From positions 556,450 to 620,449 of the forward strand of contig DASWXP010000002.1 of NCBI GenBank assembly GCA_036405415.1: a stretch of DNA of 64,000 bases, given 5' to 3'. Made by a program: the position numbers and the translations under genes. The DNA is from Minisyncoccota bacterium. GTDB lineage: Bacteria > Patescibacteriota > Minisyncoccia > Phycocordibacterales > Phycocordibacteraceae. The notes under the pieces were generated by a model. The model worked only from the letters and a program-made list of their open reading frames with translations. It searched no databases and had not been told where the DNA came from. Numbering within the stretch: position 1 is the stretch's first letter; every line of letters begins with the position of its first letter. Positions 43,027-52,330 of this stretch are shown piece by piece.

Positions 43027-43884
43027 ATGGCGCTTACCGATACCGACGTACGCATGCTCGAAGAGAAGGCGGAAGCTATCCGCGAGACGATACTCGACAT
43101 GCTCGTCCAGGCAGGAAGCGGACACACCGCAGGTCCGCTCGGCATGAGCGACCTCTTCGCCGCGCTCTACTTCAGGGTCCTTAGGTACGATCCGAAGAAT
43201 CCGGATTGGGACGAGCGGGACTATCTCGTCCTCAGTAACGGGCACACCGCGCCGGTGCGCTATGCGGCGATGGCGCATGCAGGCTATTTCCCGATAGAGG
43301 AATGCCTCACGCTCCGAAAGTTCGGGTCGCGCCTCCAAGGACACCCGGAGCGCACGAAGCTTCCGGGACTGGAGACTACGTCCGGACCTCTCGGTTCAGG
43401 ACTCTCCCAGGCGGCAGGCATGGCACTCGCGCTTTCCATGGACCGGAAGAAGAATCGCGTGTTCTGTATGATGTCAGACGGCGAGCAGCAGGAGGGGAAT
43501 ACCTGGGAAGCGGTACTGTTCGCATCCAAGTACGGGCTCGGGAACCTCACGGCCATCATGGACCGCAATTTCATCCAGATAGACGGCATGACGGAAGATG
43601 TGATGCCGCTCGATTCGCTCAAGGCGAAATACGAATCCTTCGGATGGGAGGTGCTCGAGATCGACGGGCACAACATGAAAGCTATCGTGGACGCCTGCGA
43701 GGAAGCGAAAGCTATCGTTGAGAAGCCGACCTTGATCATCGCGCGCACGATTCCAGGGAAGGGCGTACCTGAGATCGAGTACGATTATAAGTGGCATGGA
43801 AAGCCGCCTACCAAGGAAGAGGCAGCTCGGTTCATGAAAGAGCTACGCAGCGGTGCGGGGAGGGTACCACACGAATATGCTTAA
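43027..43884 (+). CDS. tkt: transketolase, N-terminal (TPP-binding) subunit
   Basis: SGHTAGPLGMSDLFAALYF...SNGH motifs of transketolase N-terminal section. Confidence 0.85.
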   Translation: MALTDTDVRMLEEKAEAIRETILDMLVQAGSGHTAGPLGMSDLFAALYFRVLRYDPKNPDWDERDYLVLSNGHTAPVRYAAMAHAGYFPIEECLTLRKFGSRLQGHPERTKLPGLETTSGPLGSGLSQAAGMALALSMDRKKNRVFCMMSDGEQQEGNTWEAVLFASKYGLGNLTAIMDRNFIQIDGMTEDVMPLDSLKAKYESFGWEVLEIDGHNMKAIVDACEEAKAIVEKPTLIIARTIPGKGVPEIEYDYKWHGKPPTKEEAARFMKELRSGAGRVPHEYA

Positions 43885-44866
43885 CAAGAACGTAAGACTC
43901 TCAGACAAGATTTTCTCGAAGGATATTGAGCGAGCTCCGACGCGCGACGGATTCGGGCGCGGCACGGTTGCAGCAGGGAAGAAGGATGAGAACGTCGTGG
44001 TGCTGTGCGCCGATCTTAAGGAATCGACGCGCGCGGAATGGTTCGAGAAGGAGTTTCCGGACCGCTTCATCGAGGTGGGAGTAGCGGAGCAGAACCTCGC
44101 GACCGCCGCCGCAGGCATGGCAGCGATCGGGAAGCGCCCGTTCATCGCAAGCTACGCCGCGTTCAGTCCGGGCCGCAACTACGAGCAGATCCGCACGACC
44201 ATCGCGCTCAACGAGCAGCCGGTAGTGGTGTGCGGCATGCACGCGGGCGTGTCGGTTGGTCCTGACGGCGCGACGCACCAGATGCTCGAGGACATCGGGC
44301 TCATGCGCATGCTTCCGGGCATGTCTGTCATCGTGCCGGGGGACGCGGTAGAGGCGCAGAAGGCAGTCGAATACGCGGCTGTCGCAAGTCATCCTACCTA
44401 CATACGCTTCGGCAGGTCTCCGGTTCCGACCTTCACTACCTCAGAGACCCCGTTTGCATACAGCAAGGCGATCTCGGTGTGGGAGAGCGACAAGCCGAAG
44501 GTAGCGCTCATGGCGACCGGCGCGCTCACCTACGAAGCGCTCGTTGCGGCAAAGGCGCTCGCGGCTGACGGCATCGAGGTCTCGGTGCTGCACGTGCCAT
44601 TCGTTAAGCCGCTTGACGAGGAAGCGGTGCTTGCGGCGGCAAAGCGCGCAGGCCGGGTCATTACGATCGAGGAGCATCAGGCAGCGGGCGGGTTCGGCAG
44701 CGCCGTTGCGGAATTCCTTTCAGGCGCGTATCCGGTGCCGGTCATGCGTCTCGGCGTCCAGGATCAGTTCGGACAGTCCGGCGAACCGCAGGAACTCCTT
44801 TCGCACTACGGCCTCACGGCTCCGGAGATAACCGCTGCGGTGCGCAAGTCGCTCGGGGTATACTGA
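43877..44866 (+). CDS. tkt: transketolase, C-terminal (pyrimidine-binding) subunit
   Basis: FIEVGVAEQNLATAAAGMA..., split-tkt arrangement; ATG 43877 overlaps upstream stop. Confidence 0.85.
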   Translation: MLNKNVRLSDKIFSKDIERAPTRDGFGRGTVAAGKKDENVVVLCADLKESTRAEWFEKEFPDRFIEVGVAEQNLATAAAGMAAIGKRPFIASYAAFSPGRNYEQIRTTIALNEQPVVVCGMHAGVSVGPDGATHQMLEDIGLMRMLPGMSVIVPGDAVEAQKAVEYAAVASHPTYIRFGRSPVPTFTTSETPFAYSKAISVWESDKPKVALMATGALTYEALVAAKALAADGIEVSVLHVPFVKPLDEEAVLAAAKRAGRVITIEEHQAAGGFGSAVAEFLSGAYPVPVMRLGVQDQFGQSGEPQELLSHYGLTAPEITAAVRKSLGVY

Positions 44867-45036
44867 TGCCTATGAAAGGCAAGAAGCTCTCAGGATACGC
44901 GATCGCTTTCATCTTCTTTATGCTCGGGGTAGCAGCAACCCTGATCATCCTTACGGCAGCGAACCGCGCGGAATCGATGCATGAGGATTACGATTCCATA
45001 AACCCCGCAGACCTGAACGCGGACTTCGGACGATAG
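44866..45036 (+). CDS. hypothetical small membrane protein (56 aa; missed by ORF track)
   Basis: MPMKGKKLSGYAIAFIFFMLGVAATLIILTAANRAE...; ATG overlaps tkt stop (TGATG). Confidence 0.3.
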   Translation: MPMKGKKLSGYAIAFIFFMLGVAATLIILTAANRAESMHEDYDSINPADLNADFGR

Positions 45037-45039
45037 AGG

Positions 45040-45061
45040 AAAGGCCCCGTACGGGGCCTTT
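45040..45061. terminator. bidirectional hairpin terminator between convergent genes
   Basis: aaaggcccc-gtac-ggggccttt. Confidence 0.5.
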
Positions 45062-45065
45062 CGCG

Positions 45066-46085
45066 TTAGGGTGTAGTGAGCCTATACGAATCAGGTGCGG
45101 TCCTGAGGTATTCCTCGAGCGCCTCGCGCGTGAGTAGGCCTTCCTGGCCGCCGATCTTCTGTACGACCGACATGGAATTCACGGGTCCCCACAGGAGCGC
45201 CTCCTCAAGCGGCTTCCCGAGCGTGAGCGCGGCCGTCACGGTCGAGGCGAACGAATCCCCGGCGCCCGTGCGCTCGAACGGCTCGCGGGTATCCGGATAC
45301 ATAGGTACGAAGTACTGCTGCTCGCCGTTAAACGCATATGCGCCTGCGCGGCCGTCCGTAATGATCACGGTCTTCGGTCCGAGCGCGCGGATGCCTGAAA
45401 GGAGCGCTGACATCTCGGGCGTTCCGGAAAGGCCGAGGATGCGCGCCGCCTCCTCCTTGTTGCAGAAGAAGAGATCCGTGCGGGCGTAGATGCGCGAAAG
45501 GCGCTCGGTGCCCATGGCCATCTGGAAGGTGCCTGGCTGGAATACGAGACGCATGTCCGGACGCTCCTCAGCGAAATCAGCGATCGCCTCGTAGTACGAG
45601 TCCGGTACTTCGCCGAGCGAGGAGAGGTACAGCGTTTTCACGTCCGGCAGGTCGTTCGGGAAATAGTAGGCATAGGTCTCATGCTTCACGAGGATGGTGC
45701 GCTCGCTCTCGAACCACAGCACGTAGTGGTAGTTGGTCTTCTTGCCTTCCTGGAGCGCCACGTAGCTCGTGTCTACGCCGTTGCCGCGCAGGCTTAAGAG
45801 GATCTCTTCGCCGTACTGGTCCTTTCCGGTGTTCGAGATGAGGGAGCTCGAAAGGCCGAGGCGCGCGGCAGATACGGAGGCGTTCGCGGAATTGCCGACG
45901 CCTGAGACCTTCGTGGAGGATTCGAATGGGATCTTATCCCCGAAGCGCATGCAGATCTCGCAGCTCCCGTCCTGGATGTTGCAGTTCGTGCGTGCGTCCT
46001 TGAGGCGGATAAAGTCGTCGATGACGGTGTCGCCGATGGCGAGGAAGTCGATCCCTCCCTTGGGAGTGCGTGAGAATAGCTTCAT
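45066..46085 (-). CDS. PfkB-family carbohydrate kinase (ribokinase/fructokinase-like)
   Basis: Ribokinase-like fold motifs incl. C-terminal GAGDSFASTVTAAL (PfkB signature 2). Confidence 0.7.
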   Translation of the reverse strand: MKLFSRTPKGGIDFLAIGDTVIDDFIRLKDARTNCNIQDGSCEICMRFGDKIPFESSTKVSGVGNSANASVSAARLGLSSSLISNTGKDQYGEEILLSLRGNGVDTSYVALQEGKKTNYHYVLWFESERTILVKHETYAYYFPNDLPDVKTLYLSSLGEVPDSYYEAIADFAEERPDMRLVFQPGTFQMAMGTERLSRIYARTDLFFCNKEEAARILGLSGTPEMSALLSGIRALGPKTVIITDGRAGAYAFNGEQQYFVPMYPDTREPFERTGAGDSFASTVTAALTLGKPLEEALLWGPVNSMSVVQKIGGQEGLLTREALEEYLRTAPDSYRLTTP

Positions 46086-46132
46086 GCGCCGATACTAACA
46101 CGTAGCCAAACCATGCCCTGATGGCTGGGGGC

Positions 46133-46138
46133 TATACT
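46133..46138 (+). promoter_or_regulatory. -10-like TATACT 6 nt upstream of ATG 46145
   Basis: ggctatactgggacc-ATG. Confidence 0.35.
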
Positions 46139-46144
46139 GGGACC

Positions 46145-47143
46145 ATGACTGATCTCTCTGGTATCGCGCGTTCCTTAGTCGCTCCCGGCAAGGGGATCCT
46201 CGCCGCAGACGAGGGCAACGAGACTGCGGACAAGAAGCGCCTTGAAGCGTTCGGCATCGCGACCGGTCCTGAGATGCGCAGGAAATTCCGTGATCTTCTC
46301 CTTGCAACGCCGGGCATCGAGCAGTACCTCACGGGCGTCATCCTCTATAAGGAAACGCTGGAGCAGGAAAGTCTCGAGGGAATCCCGTTCCCGAAGCTCC
46401 TCCTTGAAAAGGGCATCGCTCCCGGCATCAAGGTGGACGAGGGCCTCGATCCGCTTGAGGGAAGCCCGGACGAGACGATTACGAAAGGGCTCCTCGGGCT
46501 GCCCGAGCGGCTTCTCGAATACCGCGAGCGACACCAGACGAGCTTCACGAAGTGGCGAGCGGCGATCCGTATCAGCGGAGATCGCCTCCCGACGAAGAAG
46601 GCGTTGCTTGAGAATGCGAAGCGTCTGGCGTCGTACGCGTGCGAAGTGCAGAGGGCGGGTATGGTGCCTATGCTCGAGCCTGAGGTACTGCTCGAAGGGA
46701 ATCACAGCCGCCTTCGCGCGCGCAAGGTGATCGAGGAATCAATGACCATGCTCTTCGATACACTGAACGAACAGTGCGCGGATATCTCCGGCGTCATCGT
46801 GAAGACTTCCATGGCGCTCTCAGGAAGCGGGACCGGCAGGACCGATACGCCGGAAGAGGTTGCTGAGGATACGCTCTGCGCTTTGATGGCGACGGTACCA
46901 GCAGACGTTGGCGGCATCGTGTTCCTCTCGGGAGGTCAGTCGCCGGACCAGGCGACCGAGAACCTGCGTGCTATAACGACGCTCGCAAAGAAACTCAAGG
47001 CGCCGTGGCCGCTCACGTTCAGCTACGCCCGCGCGTTCCAAGAGGAGGCGCTCCAAATATGGAAGGGGAAGGACGAGAACGTGGAAGCCGCCCGGGATGC
47101 ATTCGTGGCGCGCCTCAAGAAGGCTTCAGACGCGCTGCTATAA
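46145..47143 (+). CDS. fba: class I fructose-bisphosphate aldolase
   Basis: GKGILAADEGNETADKKRLEAFG class I FBA signature; ATG 46145 preferred over 46121. Confidence 0.8.
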   Translation: MTDLSGIARSLVAPGKGILAADEGNETADKKRLEAFGIATGPEMRRKFRDLLLATPGIEQYLTGVILYKETLEQESLEGIPFPKLLLEKGIAPGIKVDEGLDPLEGSPDETITKGLLGLPERLLEYRERHQTSFTKWRAAIRISGDRLPTKKALLENAKRLASYACEVQRAGMVPMLEPEVLLEGNHSRLRARKVIEESMTMLFDTLNEQCADISGVIVKTSMALSGSGTGRTDTPEEVAEDTLCALMATVPADVGGIVFLSGGQSPDQATENLRAITTLAKKLKAPWPLTFSYARAFQEEALQIWKGKDENVEAARDAFVARLKKASDALL

Positions 47144-47151
47144 TTTGAGGT

Positions 47152-47382
47152 ATGGACGTTAAGTTTGATGAGACTTCGTACGCTCCTCGGACGACCCAGG
47201 CTGCGCGTACCTCTGTTATGACGAGCCTCGTTATGAAGGCAGGTCTTGCAAAGGACGAGAAGGAGGCTAACCATGTGTTCTTATGGATAATCGGCCTATG
47301 CCTGCTCATACCCGCCGGCCTTTGGCTCGTTCCAGCACTCATACCCGATCCCGAGGTTCAACCCATAGTCTTGCCGAAATGA
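47152..47382 (+). CDS. hypothetical small membrane protein
   Basis: TM helix FLWIIGLCLLIPAGLWLVPALI; weak. Confidence 0.2.
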   Translation: MDVKFDETSYAPRTTQAARTSVMTSLVMKAGLAKDEKEANHVFLWIIGLCLLIPAGLWLVPALIPDPEVQPIVLPK

Positions 47383-47825
47383 TGAACCACAGCCGCGGCT
47401 TCACCCTCATCGAGCTTCTCGTAGTGATTGCCATCATCGGCGTACTTTCCTCGGTGGTGCTCGCGTCCCTTAATACCGCGCGCACGAAATCTCGCGATGC
47501 TGCACGCGTGGCTACCATGAAGCAGATCCAGAACGCACTCGCGCTGTATCACCTCGACCGTGGATATTATCCTACGATTACGGAGAACGAGTGTGGAGGA
47601 ACAGAAGGATTCACCACGAGCAACAACAATTTCATGCAGTCCCTGGTATCAGGCGGGTATCTGCCTGCGTATCCCATCGATCCAGGGAACCTGAGCTGTG
47701 GTATGCAGTACTACCAGAGCGGCAATAATGCCTACTATCTGTTCTACCGGCTCGAGGCTGGTCCTGTACCGTCTGCTACTGGCTGCAACCAGCCCCCGAC
47801 CTGGTACTGCATAGCCGGTGGTTAG
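47379..47825 (+). CDS. type IV pilin / pseudopilin (second copy)
   Basis: MMNHSRG|FTLIELLVVIAIIGVLSSVVLASL; paralog of 42215..42754. Confidence 0.75.
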   Translation: MMNHSRGFTLIELLVVIAIIGVLSSVVLASLNTARTKSRDAARVATMKQIQNALALYHLDRGYYPTITENECGGTEGFTTSNNNFMQSLVSGGYLPAYPIDPGNLSCGMQYYQSGNNAYYLFYRLEAGPVPSATGCNQPPTWYCIAGG

Positions 47826-47862
47826 GACCGCACTGCATCTTGCCACTGCGCCGTATTTCAGG

Positions 47863-47868
47863 CATACT
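47863..47868 (+). promoter_or_regulatory. -10-like CATACT 9 nt upstream of ATG 47878
   Basis: ggcatactccaggaact-ATG. Confidence 0.3.
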
Positions 47869-47877
47869 CCAGGAACT

Positions 47878-48504
47878 ATGCAGCACAACCTTACCGTTTC
47901 CCCGCGCGATATCGTCGGGAAGAGTTCCGGCAAGCTCGCTGACGAGGGCCTTATCCCGGCCGTCGTCTACGGGCCGAAGCAGGAGGCTCTCTCCATTTCC
48001 GTTCCGCTCCTCCCGTTCGAGGCAGTGCTCCGCCATGGCGGCGAGAGCGCGCTCATCGAGCTTTCAGGCCTCTCGAAGCCGATGCAGGTCCTCGTGCACG
48101 ATCTTGATCGCGACCCAGTAACGCACGTGCCGCGCCACGTCGACTTCTACGCGGTCGAGAAGGGCGCCAAGGTGCAGGTCATGGTGCCGCTGTCGTTCGT
48201 AGGCGAGTCCATGGCGATGAAGCAGGGCGCGAACCTCGTGAAGGTGCTTCACGAGGTTGAGGTCGAGTGCGATCCTTCGAAGATTCCGGCTGAGATCGAG
48301 GTGGACATCACGGCGCTCGCGGCCGAGGGCGACCAGATCCACATCTCCGACATCAAGGCTCCTTCTGGCGTTACTATCCTTACGTCAGGCGAGGAGGTGG
48401 CTGCGATCGCCCAGGCGGTCGAGGAAGAGTCCGAGGAGGGCGCTGCGCTCGATATGGACGCAATCGAGGTAGAGAAGAAGGGCAAGGAAGAGGAAGGCGC
48501 GTAA
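47878..48504 (+). CDS. rplY: ribosomal protein L25 / general stress protein Ctc form
   Basis: L25 N-domain plus acidic Ctc-type C-terminal extension. Confidence 0.75.
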   Translation: MQHNLTVSPRDIVGKSSGKLADEGLIPAVVYGPKQEALSISVPLLPFEAVLRHGGESALIELSGLSKPMQVLVHDLDRDPVTHVPRHVDFYAVEKGAKVQVMVPLSFVGESMAMKQGANLVKVLHEVEVECDPSKIPAEIEVDITALAAEGDQIHISDIKAPSGVTILTSGEEVAAIAQAVEEESEEGAALDMDAIEVEKKGKEEEGA

Positions 48505-48525
48505 GCCTGAACGCTTCATGTTCCC

Positions 48526-48557
48526 GGAGAAGCCCGCACGGTAAGTGCGGGCTTCTC
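48526..48557 (+). terminator. rho-independent terminator
   Basis: ggagaagcccgcac-ggtaa-gtgcgggcttctcc followed by atttcgtcttct. Confidence 0.55.
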
Positions 48558-48572
48558 CATTTCGTCTTCTGG

Positions 48573-48578
48573 TATACT
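48573..48578 (+). promoter_or_regulatory. -10-like TATACT 10 nt upstream of ATG 48589
   Basis: ggtatactactagtccca-ATG. Confidence 0.35.
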
Positions 48579-48588
48579 ACTAGTCCCA

Positions 48589-49920
48589 ATGAAGCGAATC
48601 GTTGTCGTACTTTCCGTGTTCGCGCTCTTGGTCGCCGGTCCCGCCGCGATCCTCGCGCAGGAACTAACTGCGAGCGAGCGCGCCGAGCTCGAGCGGCAGC
48701 TCGCGGACCTCGAGCGCGAGATGCAGAAGACACAGGCTACGATCGACAATCTTTCCGCACAGGGCGCTTCGCTCCAGCGCGATATCGCCATCCTCGACGG
48801 AGAGATCAAGCGCGCGCGCCTCAAGGTGCAGACCGCAGAAGCCGAGATCCGTGCGCTCGCGGCAGGCATCGTGGTGCACACGCGCACCATAGGAACGCTT
48901 AGCGAGAAGATGGTGCGCGAACGGGACTCGCTCGCGCAGATCCTGCGCAAGACCGATGCGATCGACGACTACACGCTCGTCGAAGCGGTGCTTTCAGGCG
49001 CCGAGATCTCTGATTTCTTCAGCGACCTCGATACGTTCGCCTCGATCAAGCAGGCGATGCGCACCTCCTTCGAGGAGCTCCGGGCTACGAAGGCGGAAAC
49101 GCAGGAAGAGCGATCGGGTCTCGAGAGCCAGAAGACCGATCAGGAGATCCTCAGGTCTGCGCTCGTGCTCGCGCAGCGCGAGGTAGAGGCGAAGGAAGCC
49201 GAGAAGAAGAAGCTCCTGGCTGAGACGAAGGGGCAGGAGAGCCTGTACCGCGGCCTCAAGTCCTCGCAGGAACAGACTGCGGCGCAGATCCGCGCGAAAC
49301 TGTTCCCGCTGCGCGATACCTCGGGCATCCAGTTCGGAGATGCGGTGCGCTATGCGCAGACCGCGAGCGCGCGTACCGGAGTGCGCCCGGCGCTCATCCT
49401 CGCGATCCTTTCGCAGGAAAGCGATCTCGGAAAGAACGTAGGACAGTGTCTCATCACGGATCTTGCAACCGGAGACGGAAAGGGCAAGAACACCGGTACG
49501 CCGTTCCCGGGAACCATGAAGGCGCCGCGCGACACGGTTCCGTTCGAGCGTCTCATGAAGGCCGCAGGCCGCGATCCTCTGAATACGCCGGTCTCATGTC
49601 CGCTTCCGGGCGGCTACGGCGGCGCGATGGGTCCGACCCAGTTCATCCCAAGCACCTGGGAGATGTACGAAGGACGCATCAAGGCCGCGCTTGGCGTGTC
49701 TGCGGCAGATCCGTGGAATGCGTCCCATGCGGTTATGGCTACCGCGCTCTATCTCGCTGATGTGGGTGCAGGAGGCGGAACCTATCTCGCGGAGCACACG
49801 GCAGCCGCCAAGTACTACGCAGGAGGGAACTGGGCCTCGAGCGGCCAGGGATACGGCAACAGCGTGATGAGCAAGGCCGCAGCGTTCCAGAAGGACATCG
49901 ACTTCCTCGAGGCGAATTAG
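48589..49920 (+). CDS. secreted coiled-coil protein with C-terminal lytic-transglycosylase-like (SLT_2/MltB-type) domain
   Basis: Signal peptide; ~230 aa heptad-rich region; C-terminal GAMGPTQFIPSTW signature. Confidence 0.6.
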   Translation: MKRIVVVLSVFALLVAGPAAILAQELTASERAELERQLADLEREMQKTQATIDNLSAQGASLQRDIAILDGEIKRARLKVQTAEAEIRALAAGIVVHTRTIGTLSEKMVRERDSLAQILRKTDAIDDYTLVEAVLSGAEISDFFSDLDTFASIKQAMRTSFEELRATKAETQEERSGLESQKTDQEILRSALVLAQREVEAKEAEKKKLLAETKGQESLYRGLKSSQEQTAAQIRAKLFPLRDTSGIQFGDAVRYAQTASARTGVRPALILAILSQESDLGKNVGQCLITDLATGDGKGKNTGTPFPGTMKAPRDTVPFERLMKAAGRDPLNTPVSCPLPGGYGGAMGPTQFIPSTWEMYEGRIKAALGVSAADPWNASHAVMATALYLADVGAGGGTYLAEHTAAAKYYAGGNWASSGQGYGNSVMSKAAAFQKDIDFLEAN

Positions 49921-49970
49921 TCTCACTGTATCAACACGACTCCAGGGGAAGGAGTTGGAAGGTGCTACCC

Positions 49971-49976
49971 TATATT
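49971..49976 (+). promoter_or_regulatory. -10-like TATATT 5 nt upstream of ATG 49982
   Basis: ccctatatttgtat-ATG. Confidence 0.3.
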
Positions 49977-49981
49977 TGTAT

Positions 49982-51940
49982 ATGAACGCCACACTCAAGA
50001 CGCTCCTCCTCAGCTTGTTTATCGGTATCGGAATCGCAGGATTCTTCCTTGCGCCCCAGCCCGCGAACGCAGCCGCATGTAATTTCAGCAACACGAACAT
50101 ACGAATCGCGTGGACTCCGAGTTCTCCCTATGACATGCAGGGAGGAACAAGCAGCTACTCCTATTCTCCCGGCACCACGGTAGCGAGATCCTACGGAGAA
50201 CTGAGCCTCAACCCTCAAACACCGAGGAACTGGACGGTGTCGGTGAACGTGACGAATAACGGGGTCACAAAGACATTGAGCACGTCAGAGTGTAACTGGG
50301 CGTATATCAACGGTCCGTGTTACACCCAGACAGGGGATCAGGATATCGGAGGTGCGACCTTCAATATGTTTTTCGAGGTGCAGTCTTATATAAAGGCTGA
50401 GATTACCTGTACGCCATCGCCTGAAGTAACGCCAGACCTTATCGGACAGGTCGGTGGCGCTCGTACCGTACAGGCGGAGCAGCCGGTTACCCTTTATGGA
50501 GCGATCGCGAATAGTGGCGGAAACGCCGGAGCATTCGAGAACATCATCCAGGTATGCGACCAGAGCTGCTTCACGCTTAACCGAATACTCTCAGCGACCA
50601 CGCTGTCGTCACTCGCTGCAGGGAGCTCTGCGGCCATATCCGCAACATTTACACCGGCCGCAACTCCTGGCGTCACGGACTACATGTATCGAGTGTGCGC
50701 GAACACGCGTGTTACTACGAGCAAGGGATCAAGCACCTGGAGCAACCCTGCTACTGAATCCAATTATGCGAACAACTGTAGCGGGTGGCAGTCCCTCACG
50801 ATCCAGCAAGCGCCGGTGCCGCCGACCGCAAACCTGACACTGACACCAGCGTCCATTGCTTACGGGGGCGCATCCATCCTGCAGTGGGGCTCGACGAATG
50901 CCACGTCCTGCACCGGTACCAACTTCTCGACGGGAGGGGCGACTTCGGGAAGTGTGTCCGTAACGGCGACGCAGAACACAACCTACACCGTGACGTGTAC
51001 GGGCGCTGCGGGAAGCGCGTCCGATTCCGAGCTTCTTAGCGTCGGCGCACAGCCGCAGCCAGACCTGGTCGCAGGTACGGTGACTGCGGGAAGCCCGCAG
51101 GCAGGCGTCTCCGCGACACTTTCAGCGGATGTTACCAACGTCGGTCCTGCAACCTCAGGCTCGTTCCCGATCCTCTTCCAAGTGTCCGAGACCGGCGCGC
51201 TCGCGCAAAGCGGGTATCTTGCGGCGCTCGGCTCCGGAGCCTCCCGAAGCGGGTCTGCGTCCTACACGTTCCCTGCGGCCGGAACCTACCAGGTCCGAGC
51301 ATGCGCTAACTACAATACGAGCTGGACAGCAATTACGACTGAGTCGAATTATGCGAACAATTGCGGACCGTGGACTACCATAACCGTTTCTTCTGCGCCG
51401 CAGCCGCCAGCCCTCTCCTGCAGCGTATCGCCAACGTCGGTTGCCCTGGGAGGATCGGTCACGTATAGGGCGAATCCGTCCGGCGGCGCATCAGGTCCCT
51501 ATACCTGGGTTGCAGCAGATGGCGGTAGCTATGGCACGGGCGCAACCGTAACCCGAACCTTCACGGCTTCGGGAACCTACGCCATGAACGTGGATACGTC
51601 CTCGACCGCGAGATCCTACTGTCCGAACGTGACGGTGACGTCGAACGCATGCAGCGGGGCAAGCACGAATCTCACGATAACCGCGACCCCTGAGCGCGTT
51701 CGGGCGGGGCAGTCATCGACCATAACCTGGAACGCTACTGGAGTGAATGGAGAGAGTGCCACCTGCACGGTCTCAGGTCCGGGCATATCCTGGAGCTCTC
51801 CGGTATCCGCAGCGCCGCAGTGTTCCGTAGGTGGCTCAGCATCCGCAACGATTGCCTCTCAGAGCACCTACACCCTCACCTGCGGCGGGGTCTCCGAGAA
51901 CGTCGTGGTGAACGTGATCCCGAAGATTATCGAGTTCTAG
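49982..51940 (+). CDS. secreted CARDB-domain adhesin-like protein B (C-terminal module ending NVIPKIIEF)
   Basis: Signal peptide MNATLKTLLLSLFIGIGIAGFFLAPQPANA; ANNC[SG][GP]W motifs; C-terminal ~300 aa paralogous to 39499..40992. Confidence 0.6.
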   Translation: MNATLKTLLLSLFIGIGIAGFFLAPQPANAAACNFSNTNIRIAWTPSSPYDMQGGTSSYSYSPGTTVARSYGELSLNPQTPRNWTVSVNVTNNGVTKTLSTSECNWAYINGPCYTQTGDQDIGGATFNMFFEVQSYIKAEITCTPSPEVTPDLIGQVGGARTVQAEQPVTLYGAIANSGGNAGAFENIIQVCDQSCFTLNRILSATTLSSLAAGSSAAISATFTPAATPGVTDYMYRVCANTRVTTSKGSSTWSNPATESNYANNCSGWQSLTIQQAPVPPTANLTLTPASIAYGGASILQWGSTNATSCTGTNFSTGGATSGSVSVTATQNTTYTVTCTGAAGSASDSELLSVGAQPQPDLVAGTVTAGSPQAGVSATLSADVTNVGPATSGSFPILFQVSETGALAQSGYLAALGSGASRSGSASYTFPAAGTYQVRACANYNTSWTAITTESNYANNCGPWTTITVSSAPQPPALSCSVSPTSVALGGSVTYRANPSGGASGPYTWVAADGGSYGTGATVTRTFTASGTYAMNVDTSSTARSYCPNVTVTSNACSGASTNLTITATPERVRAGQSSTITWNATGVNGESATCTVSGPGISWSSPVSAAPQCSVGGSASATIASQSTYTLTCGGVSENVVVNVIPKIIEF

Positions 51941-51960
51941 GCCTCCATACCAGGCTTTAC

Positions 51961-51996
51961 GGAGCGCTCCGGCATTGCTGCCGGGGCGCTCCTCTG
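51961..51996 (+). terminator. hairpin (12-bp stem, one mismatch)
   Basis: ggagcgctccgg-cattgctg-ccggggcgctcc. Confidence 0.4.
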
Positions 51997-51997
51997 G

Positions 51998-52003
51998 TAT
52001 AGT
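51998..52003 (+). promoter_or_regulatory. -10-like TATAGT 9 nt upstream of ATG 52013
   Basis: ggtatagtccctctgac-ATG. Confidence 0.35.
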
Positions 52004-52012
52004 CCCTCTGAC

Positions 52013-52261
52013 ATGAAGAAAGACACGCATCCGAAAGACTACCGACAGGTCCTTTTTGAGGACATGTCTTCTGGCGCCCAGTTCCTCGTTGGGTCCACCA
52101 TCCGCACGTCCGAGACCGGCACCTACGAGGGCAAGGAATACCCGAAGTACGTGATCGAGATCTCGAGCCAGTCCCACCCGTTCTACACCGGCGAGGACCG
52201 CTCGCTCGACAAGACCGGACGCGTGGAGCGCTTCAAGCAGCGCGCAGCGAAGAAGCAGTAG
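52013..52261 (+). CDS. rpmE: ribosomal protein L31
   Basis: MKKDTHPKDY start typical of L31. Confidence 0.85.
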   Translation: MKKDTHPKDYRQVLFEDMSSGAQFLVGSTIRTSETGTYEGKEYPKYVIEISSQSHPFYTGEDRSLDKTGRVERFKQRAAKKQ

Positions 52262-52315
52262 AGAGGGGAGGAAGAAGGCGCGGGGCCCTATGGTCCCGCG
52301 CCTCTCCCGTTACGC

Positions 52316-52321
52316 TATACT
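52316..52321 (+). promoter_or_regulatory. -10-like TATACT 9 nt upstream of ATG 52331
   Basis: gctatactcagagacac-ATG. Confidence 0.35.
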
Positions 52322-52330
52322 CAGAGACAC

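Noticed and set aside
42736-43344. 202-aa minus-strand ORF
   Set aside because: Overlaps and is antisense to the pilin 3' end and transketolase N-terminal gene; no motifs.
46121-46144. ORF-track start of fba at ATG 46121
   Set aside because: It would place the TATACT -10-like element inside the coding region. ATG 46145 (MTDLSGIARSL...) fits class I FBA N-termini and the window-wide promoter-to-ATG spacing.
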